DNA of 62,218 nucleotides from Phoronis australis (lineage: Eukaryota; Animalia; Phoronida): NCBI GenBank assembly GCA_002633005.1, contig NMRA01001060.1:1-62218 (forward strand), given 5' to 3'. The position numbers and the translations under genes are program-made. This document shows positions 1 to 12,471 of this stretch, piece by piece. Numbering within the stretch: position 1 is the first letter of the stretch; each line of letters begins with the position of its first letter. The notes under the pieces were generated by a model. That model was not told the DNA's origin. It saw nothing but the letters and a program-made list of their open reading frames with translations, and did no database searches.

Positions 1-293
1 TGATTATTCCGGCGCCGATTTCTTCAACAGTGCGGCCATCCTCGGTCTCGTGGATCAAGCCGTCAACATTAAACTCATCAATGATTCCCAAAGACTTCAT
101 CTTTTCACACCAGAAGCGGTTCACTTCGGTCTTGTGAAGTATCACGCAAAGCTTGTTTAGCCCCATTCTCTTTATTTTAGCCCAGAAAGAGGTTTGTATC
201 TCTTCATCAGTAGTTACCAAAAGTCGGCTTCGAATACACAGAAGCGTTTTCTCAGCGAGAGGCCCAAACGGTTTGTACTCAGTGGCTGGATTC
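1..293 (-). CDS. Internal exon of an unidentified gene running off the left edge
   Basis: Acceptor ttaatttcAG ending at 294 (minus), then 97 stop-free codons NPATEYKPFGPLAEKTLLCIRSRLLVTTDEEIQTSFWAKIKRMGLNKLCVILHKTEVNRFWCEKMKSLGIIDEFNVDGLIHETEDGRTVEEIGAGII. No family recognised. Confidence 0.6.
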
Positions 294-1491
294 CTGAAAT
301 TAATCAGATTTTACTTACGGTAACACCAAAAATTAAAAAAAAATAATGATGCATTTATTTGAGCTTAAATCCATATAAAATATTTCAGTGGATCTAGGTA
401 TAAGTGCACTGGTTAACGATCGTGAACACTAATACAGGCTTAGGTTACAAATTCCATTCGCCACCTTAAAGGCCGACCAAAGCTCTTCAAGTCACATGAT
501 CATGGTGTAATCACTGTTAGTACGATAATTGCCCAACAAATGAAGATTAGGCGAACAACGGAACCAAATTTCTTTAAAAAAACGCATTTATGACCAAGAG
601 CTTAATTGTCATGTAACTTCCGTCGATACCAATTACGCATTTGAGTATTCCAAGTTTATGTGTAATTCTTGAGCAGCATCATATCAAGGCAATTCTATGT
701 GGCTGTGCCAATTTCACGTATGCATTTTATTTAAGGTGAAGTGATGAAGTGTTCAGTCAGACTACCAGAATCAACAATTTTAAGCTTGCAAAGGCATGCT
801 CGAAAGTTAGGATGGGCGGTGGTTGCAAGCTGAAATATGCACCGTTGCCATTGTAACCAAGAAACCTTTCTAAAAGTACTTGGGTTGACTCATTGTTGAG
901 GTTTGAAGCTGAATTGAGTGTCGTTACCATGGTGACCAGGTATTTTCACAAACAGGATCATCAATTTTTAAACTTGATGGCAGTCATGGTAAGACAGGCA
1001 ACCACGATCAAATACTTTTAGTGACCCCAGGGCAGTTTCTAAGCTTGAACGTACACTGTTGCCGTCGATGGTATCTAGGAATTGCAACAGTATAGTAAGC
1101 TACGCGCGTCACAAACTTACCAACGAACCTTCAAAGAATATAAATAGCCTATAGCAAAAATTATTGTTCTACCAAGTATATACCAGAACACTTATGTCAA
1201 AGCAACCCCCGTATCCAAACTTGGAAATACTGTCGTTAAAAATCATAAAAACTGCCTAATGCAGATATTCATTAGCTAACCTAAAACTAAAGACTAGTAT
1301 GTCAAAACCACTAAATAGGTTTTGAAAGTAGAAAAATAGTTGCCATGATCACCACTGCAATTAATACTAGAAAGTGCTTTTTCAGCACACTGCATCAAAC
1401 CCATTCAATAGAATGAAACGTATAAAGCAAATACTGGTACCTGTAGCATAATTTTTCAAATTCAATAAAGAATAATCATGACAGTGGATGT

Positions 1492-1680
1492 GCATATTGG
1501 TCGCAAGCATTCAAGGCAGGGCCGGTGGCATGGTTATATTGTTCACAGTGATTGTGTGCAGAGACGCACGTGGTTTCCTTTAGATTAGCATATTGGTCAC
1601 AAGCATTCAAGGCAAGGCCGGTGGCATTGTAAAATTGTCCAAAGTGCTTGCGTGCAGAGAAGCACGTCACTCCCATTAGA
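1492..1680. repeat. Two diverged tandem copies of a ~96-bp unit
   Basis: gcatattggtc(g/a)caagcattcaaggca(g/a)ggccggtggcat at 1492 and 1588. Confidence 0.8.
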
Positions 1681-1960
1681 TTAGTTTTTTACTCAAAACT
1701 TGCATTTTTCTCAGATATTTTGTATTCTGTTATAAAAAAGAGTTCATAATTTGTTTATGTGTGTTACAATTGCAAACAACATTTTCTGCTTCAAAATTCC
1801 TGGATTATCTTGCTCTTGTTTCATCGCATATTCAGTTTAGCTACTACTAATAGCAGTCAATTTCCAATACTAGTATGAAGTAATACTTTTACAGCGCAAA
1901 TTGCAAATCATTAAAATTTTGAGAAAAATGTATAAATAATTTGGCATCAAAATCCCTTTT

Positions 1961-2138
1961 CCGTCTTTCCAAAATATTCATATCGCCTAAACCTATTTCC
2001 AAACGCCTGTTCTATTATTCTGTCTTCCCAAAATCTTCATATCGCCAATACCTATTTCCAAACGCCTGTTCTATTATTCCGTCTTCCCAAAATATTCATA
2101 TCGCCAATACCTATTTCCAAACGCCTGTTCTGTTATTC
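1961..2138. repeat. 59-bp minisatellite, 3 copies
   Basis: Unit c(c/t)gtcttcccaaaatattcatatcgccaatacctatttccaaacgcctgttctattatt starting at 1961, 2020 and 2079. Confidence 0.9.
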
Positions 2139-2559
2139 TTAAACATGATTAGATACATCACAATACTACTGTCTTTCTTTGTTTTTCGGGATTTGGTAAT
2201 AGTGCTGTACGTGAGAATAATTTCTTTTTCAGTTCAAGAGATGGTTATATGTGCCTCTAATGTAAAAAATCCTAACTCACAAATGGCTAATGTCCTCGTA
2301 AGAGTAAGTGAATAATTTTTTGAAAACAAGCCTAGTGTTTAGTCCTGGTGATGTAACTTCTGATGTCTGTCGTACACAACACATTCAAGAACTTCGAACT
2401 TGTCAGTGCATATCATAAATTGCGACCGATAAGGCTTATATCTTTAGAATAAAAGGCCATCCGATTTCAAATTCATTGGGAAACATTATTTCGACCTATG
2501 CAATCTATTTAATTTTAAAAAAGGAATTGCAGGCGGTCTCATACACGTTGTACCAGACG

Positions 2560-2763
2560 TGCGCAGGTCGCGCATGTTGGTTCATTGCACTGATCACCTG
2601 GAACCATTTTTGTGCTTAATTAATATATGTGGTTAAAACCGAGCTAAGGAGCTAGAAACCTGACTCAAGGGCTTAGCAGTGTGACCTAATGGGATTGGAA
2701 CCCACGACCTCGGGTAAAGAATCCGGGCACCCGGCCTATCACACTAGGCTACACTGCCTCCCC
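2560..2763 (-). mobile_element. tRNA-derived SINE (degenerate Pol III head)
   Basis: Minus strand reads ggcagtgTAGCCTAGTGtg...gaggtcgtggGTTCCAATCCcatt, i.e. A-box and B-box-like motifs at tRNA spacing. The 3' boundary is approximate. Confidence 0.6.
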
Positions 2764-3647
2764 TAACTTTAGCTACATCTGCTGTCAGTTTTGTTTTATT
2801 TAATCCGATATTTTCATGGAATGCAAGGGTTTTAGTCAGTCCATACTTTATTAACTGTGAAGGTACAATCACGGATAATTGGCAGAAAACACAAGGAAAA
2901 TATCAATTGGCCTAATATCCGAGGAAATGATGTGGCCTTTTTAAAGTCCAATGAAGGCTTAATTATAGCCGTTGAATGTATAGTCCGGATCGTCGCATTT
3001 CTCAGTATTCCCAGAAAATGCATTATTTCGCCTGAACGGGCAAATTTTGCTTTTACTTCAGCTGTTGTTTTCTCAGCGAATTCTAGCTTTTGGAGTTGTG
3101 AATGCACAAGCCCTTTCCAGCCTCGTCTTGCAGTCGACCAAATAAGTATAAGCGTAGCGCGAGTTGAGGTTTCATAAGCAAATTCTTAGCACACCAACAG
3201 ATGATTATTTGAAGGTCATCCGAGTCACGAGACTAAATAATAATTTGTGAATGCAGTGAGGTAAGAAAGCACAAGTTTATTGACAAATCCCAACGTGAAT
3301 CCTTCTGAATCGTGTGAATGGGGTGTGAAAGTCGGATACTGCCTAGACTTGGCCTAGGGATAAGTCTGAGTTGAGTAATTTATAAAAAATATAGACACAC
3401 CGTTCTGTATTTACCACAGCAAGGTTGAATTATAACCAGGGTTTATATATTTTAACAGACTTTGCATGTAATTAAGTATACCAGTTTAAATCATGACCAA
3501 TTTGAGCAATTAACCTTATCAACCACAAGTGGCTTCCGTGGAAGCTGACATAAAGTTGTTCTCTGTGTGTGAACCTACATTTTTTGCCTAATGTAAACTA
3601 TATTAGCCAGACATTAACCAATGAGAGCAGTGCTTACTTGCCACCTG

Positions 3648-6424
3648 TAGTCAGGTTCACTATGTTCAAATTTTGACATTCGTTGGAATTTTTGGGAAAG
3701 TGGAAACTATACGTTTTTGGAAACCTCATGGAATGACGAATCAGAAAATAATTGATTCCATTTTGTTCGGTGGTCATCTTGGCGGCCATCTTGAATTTTC
3801 AAAAATAGCGCCAGCAAAATGGATTTTGCGCAATATATCCGCCCTTGGGTCACTGAGAATGTTAGTTTTTATGGCTACACCTGCAGTTCTGAAGTCAATG
3901 AACTGGAAATTTTAATTTTACTGGCGGCCATCTTGGTGGCCATCTTGAAATTTCACAAATAGCGCCCGCAAAATACATTTTGCTCAGTATTTCTGCTCTT
4001 TGGTCTCTTAGAACGTTAGTTTTAATGGCTGCACCCACATTTTGTGGTGTAAGGAATTGAAAAACACTATTTCTAAAATGATACATATAATCTAAGTGAT
4101 TTTAATAACAGATACGAACCCCCAGAATATTTAAAGGAATCACAGAAACGCAGGTTAACCTACATGTATATTTACAGTATACATCTATATCTTTTTGAAA
4201 AGACATTTGAGACATATCTTTTGTTGATTTATTATTCCCACTGTTCACTTTGGAATCCAGTTCTCCTCTACTCAGTGGAAATGCATTTTGCCTTTGACAG
4301 TCGGGTGGCAGATAAGCTTGACAGTAACCAGGCTGAGGATCAATGACGAGAACAACAGGAGTTGTAGCCTGCTGAGCTAATCGACCAGAAACATGTTATC
4401 AGCCACCATGAATTCACCTTAACACCAAGAGCAATCTTTGCTACCAGTATGGCAATGCTGTCATGCACAGATAAATCGAATCGAATACACCTTCTGCAGA
4501 AACTTTCCGAAGCAGACGTCTTAAAACAGGAGAGTCCTCAAGCTGCAAGAGAGGTTTTAGACCCAGAAAACATGTAAACAAGTAACAACATCCAATGAGT
4601 GTGTTCACCCAAGCCACAGAACTGCACGTGTGGATAGTATGGAAGTGATTTTCTTAACTAGATAATTATGACGATATCATTCTGGTTTTTGACACCTACA
4701 AAGACAACTCAGTTTGAAACAAACCACAAGAGAAAAAAGGAGGCAGAGAAAGGTTCAAGTACAGTACCACGTAAGAGATGAGACTTACATAAAGAACTGG
4801 CCCAATGAGCCGTTTCCTCTCCCATGACCAAAAAAGGCTCCACGTACTGAATATCTGTCTGAAAAGGCACTTGAATATAACCAAGAATCTGCCAAAATAG
4901 CCATTACTTCAGCTTCAGGATGCACAAAGAGCAACCGACGTGATCTACGCTTAGAAGAAAACGATCACGAAAAAGCAGATCTATTTCTAGTACACTGTAC
5001 ATAATGCAGTTCTGGCATCACATTAAAAGGTCCCTGATTATCAGCTGATGTTTTTTCACCTGACATAGATTTACTGGTATTCGTCACTGCCTATTATGAC
5101 AGGCCTCTCACAAATACTTCTGTCCCCATGGCATCTGGGATTGCCTGGACGTGAATCCAATATGGACAATATTAGGTGCTGTCCGGGCAAAGGCTCTTCC
5201 TGCTTTCCATGTTTGTACATGGACAGACAACACCGGTCCATTCTGTTGGTTGAATATTGAAGGCAAAAACCGATGATATCAATGCACAGCAGACATTATG
5301 TACTGCTTATTAAGTAACACGTCAACCTCTTCTCACATTAGCCCCTTTTACATGTGCATACTCACCATTGGACATAGACAAAAATAACATCCCAGAGCTG
5401 AGATTGTACCTCTTCTGTAAAGATATGGCTGACAGCGACAAAGGTCTACCAACCATGGGTGCTTTGAATCAGCATGTGCTGAGGGTGTTTATTCAAGCCA
5501 GAGTGTGGGGTCAGGCAGTCATTGCTCGACAGGAGTTCCTTGACCAAATGCAGAATGAATTTACAAGGACAAAGATGACCAGCTGAAACACTCACAACTG
5601 AGGGGCTTCCGACGCCAGAGGCTATCATTGAGATGGTTAGATGCCAATGCAAAAACAATTCCTCTTCCTAAAGATGCTCTTGCTGGTCAAAGGACCTATC
5701 TTACACAGATCTATGTCAGTACATTGCAGAATATCAGGATGATGATGATGTGATTCCTGGTAACAGTGATGGCTATACTAATAATATATAAACTGATTTC
5801 AAACTTTTGAAAGACTATTGACACTACAAAAACATACTTTTGTGTTCTTTAAACATAAATAAGTTGTTGTTAAGGTTCTGTTTTAGTTTTAAGTGTCTTG
5901 AAGGAAACAAGCTCTGCACAAAATATACAAGAAAGGTAGTGATCATGTGTCGGGTTATATGAAGAATGCATTTAGAAAATGACGCTGTTCATAAATGGGG
6001 TTTTGATCACGTTTCTAATTTAATAACTTGCATTTTCAGATCTCTTGACCACAAAAATGTGAGTACAGCCATTAAAACTAACATTCTAAGTGACCCAAGA
6101 GCAAAGATATTGAGGAAAATGTATTTTACGGGCGCCATTTTTAAAAATCCAAATGGCCGCCAAGATGGCGCCCAAAAAAATTAAAATTTCCAATTCCTTG
6201 ACCTGAGAAATGCAGGTGTAACCATAAAGACAACATTCTAAGTGACCCATAAGCGGAGATATCGGGCAAAATCCATTTTACCGGCGTCATTTTTGAAAAT
6301 CCAAGATGGCCGCCAAAAATGGAATCAATTATTTTCTGATTTGTCATTCCTTGAGGTTTCCAAAAATGTATAGTTTCCAATTTCCCAAAAAAATTCCAAC
6401 AAAATTACACAACAAACCCGACTA
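3648..6424 (+). mobile_element. Internally deleted Academ DNA transposon
   Basis: Termini TAGTCAGG...CCCGACTA; ~440-bp imperfect TIRs (3648-~4090 and ~5965-6424) with internal sub-repeats; exact 3-bp TSD CTG (3645-47 and 6425-27). Broken coding remnants VFDTY, HEKAD, SPDID, ALPAFH, LPTMGALNQHVLR..QARVW and CQCK..RCSC..DLCQ match the XPG-like nuclease plus Cys-rich tail of Academ proteins. Confidence 0.85.
4620..5760 (+). pseudogene. Frameshifted XPG/PIN-like nuclease and Cys-rich zinc-finger remnant of the Academ ORF
   Basis: ORF 5368-5586 IPELRLYLFCK...GLPTMGALNQHVLRVFIQARVWGQA, plus upstream and downstream motifs in other frames with stops and frameshifts. Confidence 0.75.
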
Positions 6425-7380
6425 CTGAGTTGACCTACTGAGTCACTACATTACCATTTGTCTACAGGCAAGCTTCGAAGATTCTAAAAACCTCAAACAC
6501 TTTGTTAATTCGCAATTTTGAGCTTGAAAACCCCTAAATATTGATCAGTGATCGATAAGTGGTTGTGGTATGTGTTGTTTGCTTCAAACATCAGCCTTCT
6601 TTGCGTTCAAAATTTTTTTTAAGACTTATAAGTTTAGGTCGGCGTACTTGTTGCTTTCGCGACCCCGGAAAGGTTATTTGCATGCGATTATATAGTTCTG
6701 CACTCACATTTTAGTACTTCCCTCTGGTGGGGACCGGACTACAAAGGTTTTCTGACAGGTGGACTACATTCTTTGGAGAATTGTCTTAGGAAATTAGAAT
6801 TGATGGTTGTCCATTGCAGCGGTGTTTAAATCATTCTAATTTCAATAAGTTCCATATAATTATTCTAGTAGCGACATGCCCGAGGCTATATGTAAAAAGT
6901 CTACAAAAAGATGCTCCAAGCTACTCAATAGAAAGATTTGTTTAGTTTTCGCACTCCGAAAAAATACAAGGAAAAAAATACTTTATGCCGCTTAGCTCCT
7001 ATCGTCTTCCTTACTTATGCTGCCAGTCGGTCCCTTTTGCCGCCCTCACAGTCTATACACTACAGCAACCTTGTGGCGGTGACACCAGGGACGGAGCTCC
7101 CCAGGATATGGCACCGCATCAACATGACGTAGTTTTGCTTCGCGGTACACTAGCGCGACTGTCGCTACTCCTTCCGTCGAAACTGAGATGAGCAAACAAA
7201 AAAGTCCCGAATGAGGTGGGCTTTCGTTTTTTGAAAAAGTGCGCCACTAAACAAATGCCTAAAAATTTCAGAGCCATCTACGCCTTTATGCCTGAACACA
7301 GCGATGTACACGATTCTACGTTTTCAGTATTTTAACCAACATTTTCCACTAACAGTTTAATCGAGAGAAAAAAAGATATA

Positions 7381-8998
7381 CATGGGCGCTGTAGCGCTGA
7401 AATTAAGTTGAGGGCTGTAGTCCCCCAGCCCCCCTGTGGTGCACCGCCCACAGACCATGGCGGCACAGCACTGAAAATGACTTACATTTTATGATATAGT
7501 GTCCGTGCGATTTACTCCGACTGCAAGTTTTCCCCCGCAGCTACATGTAAGAACTAACTAGACGTGTTAACTGTAGAGCAACCAAAGTACTGTATAGCTC
7601 AACGTCTCGTTTAAAGTAGTGATAGATAATGAATATTGTCATAAGGGCGATGAGTTAATGAACAACAGTGCTAAAGAGCAATTCATTTATAATAATCACT
7701 TTCCTAGAAGCATGGTGGTAACAATGTGGCACTGAGATAACTTGCTTTTGATCACAATGAAGTCCTTTGTCTATCACATTGATATCCCTTGCTATTTACA
7801 GCGGAGACATCCCTTACTTGTCACGCTAGGACCACAGGCTCGTCTTACTTGAATCCCTTGTTTGGCACCCTGGGATCCCTTGCTTGTCACCCTGGACTGG
7901 TATCTCTTGCTTGTCGCACTGGGATCCCTTGCTCAGAAACATTGACAGCCCTTGCTTCTCACACAAAGACCATTGGTTTTTCATACGTGGATCCCTTGCT
8001 TGTCACTGGGATCCTTTGTTCGTCACTATGGGATCCATTTCTTGTCACTCTGAAATTTCTTGCTTGTAACACTGGGACTCATTGCTGGTCACTCTAGGAT
8101 ATCCCTTGTTTGTCACACTAAGACCCCTTGCTCGACACTCAGGGATCCCTTGGTTGTCACACTGGGGTACCTTGCTTGGCACGCTGAAATCTCTTGCTTG
8201 TCACTCCGAGATCCATCGCTTGTCACACCGAAACCTCTTGCTTGTCACTCTGGGATCACTTGGAATGGTTGTCATACTGGGATCCCTTGCCTGTCACACT
8301 GGGCTCCCTTGCGTGTTACTCTGGTATCCCTGCTTGTCACACATGAAATTTTCCCCCAAGTTTTGACATCTTACTTAATTGGCATAGTTCGGAGTTTCTT
8401 CAAAATTGGACGAGCTCGTTTTTAGAAGAACGGTAAAAAAAGAATTTTCACTGTCCGAAATTGATGAGATTTTAGCGTTCACACGTGGGCATACTAAAAG
8501 TAGTCACGGCTGGTGACAATAACTACAAAACACCAGTAGTCATAAACAAACACGATTTATTAAACCTTTACCAGAAGATAACAGGATACGTCTACATTTT
8601 TAAAAGGCAGTAGTTACATCATCTAGGCCATATCTTAGACTTAGCCAGACTTATTCAGTAGCACCGCACTATTTCTTTCACACGCCGAGCTGAGGAACCA
8701 AAGAAAGTTTTTAATTTGATCTGCAAGCACACGCCAGGCACGGTAGATTTGACGATGTCAAGATTGTCCGAAACCAAAAGTCAGTAAGACAATAAAACAA
8801 GTGCCCAGATTCTAGAAGGTAACTAATTTACTATGCAGTGGTAAATGAGTTTAAAATTAACATGGGCGGCGCACCATAGGGGTTTGGTAATAGCCCCCAA
8901 CTTATTCCGGTACTGCGCCGCCAATGGTGTATGGGCGGTGCACCACAGGGTGGCTGGGGGCTATAGCCCCCACTTATTTCTGTGCTGCATCGCTCATG
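7381..8998. mobile_element. Non-autonomous TIR element (or inverted pair of short MITEs) with CATG termini and TA(TA) flanks
   Basis: 7381-7476 is the diverged reverse complement of ~8900-8998; tata flanks at 7377-80 and 8999-9002; no ORF. Confidence 0.55.
7725..8345. repeat. Degenerate ~21-bp minisatellite (cttgtcacactgggatccctt-like), roughly 25-30 copies
   Basis: Recurring (g)cttgtcac..gggatccctt; the overlapping ORFs 7789-8425 are artefacts of this period. Confidence 0.85.
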
Positions 8999-11900
8999 TA
9001 TAACTATTTAAAAAAGTTCATGAACAATGAAATACCTAAATGTATTCAGCTCAAATTACAAGTTACCCAATAAATGTAGGTATTTGATCTCGCTGGTTCC
9101 CAGCGTGCTAGCGTGCCGGCTACCACCTAGCGGCGCGCAGGGAACCAGCAAGGGTATTTGGTATGGATACATGTATTACCACACAAATAAATGCATGATG
9201 TATTCTCACAACGACCACCACACGAAAACGCACCAGTTAGTGCAAGAGCTAATAAGGGCTCATAATTGCATTCGTATATTTATTATGCTCTGCACATTTA
9301 AAAATAATGTTCAGTGACTTTGAAAATTCAAAATGAAGCAGGCATGGAATGTTTAATCATCACACGCATTCTGCAGATATTTTAAAACAGAAACCAATAC
9401 ACCCTAGCTGAGCTGCAGGAGGGTGCTGGAGAAGCGGGCATGTAGCAAAGAAATGTACACCAAGAATTAGTGAACAGGGTTTTACAGTTATCCAAAATGG
9501 CCTATGTAGAATACACGGGATCTCTCCCTTTTATAAGGCATACTTATTTGTAATGCACTATTCTTGTATATATTGACAGATAGTACGAGAAACAAGGTGG
9601 AATTCTACAATAAACAACAAACAGTTTTCTTTTTGTGGAATATACAATAACCACTGGTTCACCTCCAAAATTGTAAAAAATACATTAAAGCTAGACTTCT
9701 TCGACACAAGAATGAATACCCAATACCATAAAATCAAGCAATATCACTTAGCAGTATTGCAAATAATTCCTTTTATCTCACCTCTGTATCAATTTAGGAA
9801 GGCAACCGTCCTTAAAAGGAAAACCAATCGTTTTTTTATGTTACCTACAGTCTAAACGAGAAAGCAACAGCTTTTAACGTTATAACCAGTAAAATGCATA
9901 TGCTTAGTTACCTTGGAAATACAAATTCCCCTATTAACTACTGTTCCCCTGGTGTGCGTTCACAGTGCATGGAACAATAGGAAGTCATATAAACACAAAG
10001 GACCCACATCGTGGTTCAGCATTCACCTTTAATAAGAAAATAATGTCCTACTCCATATTCAACACAATCTGCTTAGGTCATTTGCGTTTTGCTAAATGCA
10101 AATGAGTGCAGAACCAAGATGCAGTCACTTTGTTGGACCAGTTACGTCACTTTCTCTTTCTTCATTGACAGTACAGTAATTAACATGGAAAATGTCTACA
10201 AGATAAACAGAATCTGAATTTTTAGTAAAGGTAACATCAAAACCGATTGCTTTGCCCTGTGTTTAAGTTTTATCCGATGCTATTAAAAGCTGAAGAAGCA
10301 GGGAGTTACTTATAAAAACAAATACCTTATCTTTGGTAACACGGAAGAAGTGAATAATAAGCTTTATCTATTTTAGCTTCAGCTACAAGACCATAGGACT
10401 CAGTTTCTAGATGAATAATCTGAGTGTGTTGGTACACAAGAACCCGTATCTTATCGAGTTTTGTTCTCCGTGGCTTTCATGTGGAACGTAGATTTCAAGT
10501 TTGAATCATCTGACTTAGTTCTACATTCTGCTTATTCCCAACACCTTATTTCAGAGTTTACAAAGTTTAACACAATACCGTACACAGTAGGCTAATGTGA
10601 TCACTGGTATGTCCTTCACTGCCCTTGCACAAACGGGGTGAATGGAAATTGGAGAAATTCGTTTGGCGACTACCCAACTCCACTATTGCTGGAAGGCTAC
10701 CACACTTAATTAGCACAAGAAAAGTATGTCTCCTAAAGTTAACAGCGGAAATACACCCACAACTTCTATCACTGAAAACCAACATTTGCTTTGGGCGAAC
10801 CCCATACAGATCCTTGCTCTGATTAGAAATGATCTCTAGGATTGAGAATAACTGAGCGTTGATTATTGCTTCAGTCCATTGCTCTCAATTTGTTTGTCAC
10901 AGGGGGTTAATGTCAATCACCAACACAGAGAGGCTTTCAGGGGAAAGCCAAATGATTTATTGTAATCCATTTCAATTCAAAAGTTGTTGATTAAGGACAA
11001 GACGTTACCAAAGAAATCTGTGTGGAATACACAGCAACAAATCTTGCCAATTTTGAAACTGACATTTTTGTTATGCTCTTTTAGGTGAAAGACAACATGT
11101 AAATATTTGGTCCAACAAAACCGTGTTAATAATTATTTCCAGCCCAAATTGTGGATAGCTGAATATCATGGCACCAGATACATGGGCAACGTTCTATGCA
11201 TTCGATCACAATCCAGCTATACGAACGGAAAAAATGCTGTAACATTCTTTGTAACATTCTTTGCTGATATATCGATGTAGTCTCAAAATCATCATCAGCA
11301 GAACTGTCCATAAGCTCAGAAAATAATCTAAATATAATGTACAATCAGTTAATGTCATAATGCAGGTCTAGTAATCCCTCAAGTAAAAGCCTTAAGTGAG
11401 CAAGCACACTAAGAGTCTGAAGAGCTCAGAAACTTTTGCCTTTCTTTTTCTATTTTTTTTTTTGTTTCTGGGATACGGAATACACGATTGTGATAAGCAG
11501 TGCTATAAAGGAAGGTTTAATGATGCTGGCTAAGTAATCACTTGTCGAATAAAGGTAAGTTGTGCTTTTAAGCACTTAAAATTAAATCCTAACAATGAAT
11601 ATTTGTCGTTGGTCCTCAAACCATGGCTGAAAATTAACGCGATTCAATCTCTGCCATTAACATAGCTCATACGAGTCAGCTGTATACACAAGACAGGTCA
11701 CAGGACCACTTGTCCTAAAACTTGCCAAATGTCAACACTGAGCGCTTTAGAGCGCCGACAATCCTAGTCTATAATGGCGTTCACATACCGCCCAAACAGA
11801 AAGTGGATCAGACATTTGATTGGCTGTCTGGTAAAATTATTTCAGATATGAACACAGGTCGGATGTCAGATCTCCCTTCTTCTTGTCTGCCATCAGATCT

Positions 11901-12471
11901 GTCATCCATCAAAAGGCGACATTCCAATGACAAGTTGTAGTCGAGCTCTGCTTGCCAGTGGTGATCCCACAAGATTTGGCGAATATTCGCATTTTGCACT
12001 GAATGCAACTTTAGTACCCGGGAACATCCCATTCCACACAATGCAGAGTGTCGAACATTTTCATTTCACTTCGCGCTCATAACAAAAATGGAGATATAAA
12101 ACAATGATAGTTAATGTTTTTCCCCTTGAAGTAGCTTTCAATACAATTTTGATGACACTGCTAATTCCTTGTAAGACAAAGAACAAGGTGTCGTTCTGAA
12201 CGCTTGTTTTAAGCAACTGACCTGGATGTAGACCAGACATCTTCTCTGGGCTCATCATAAAAGTTCCACATCGGGACGCAGTTTATGCCTCCCTGAGCAC
12301 TTCACACCACAGATTATACTAGTCTAAGCAGACACTACAAGGCCGACTAAGCAGAGAGCTAACGCTAGCATTTCCATAACAAACTGACCATCATACAAAG
12401 AAGGCACGTCACGGAAAAAATGGCCGCCATACGCCAATACCATCACAGATAATCCTTTGTACCTCTAGAGA

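Noticed and set aside
2690-2760. Functional tRNA gene (also 57051-57110)
   Set aside because: A and B boxes are present, but acceptor and anticodon stems do not pair; these are SINE-like heads.
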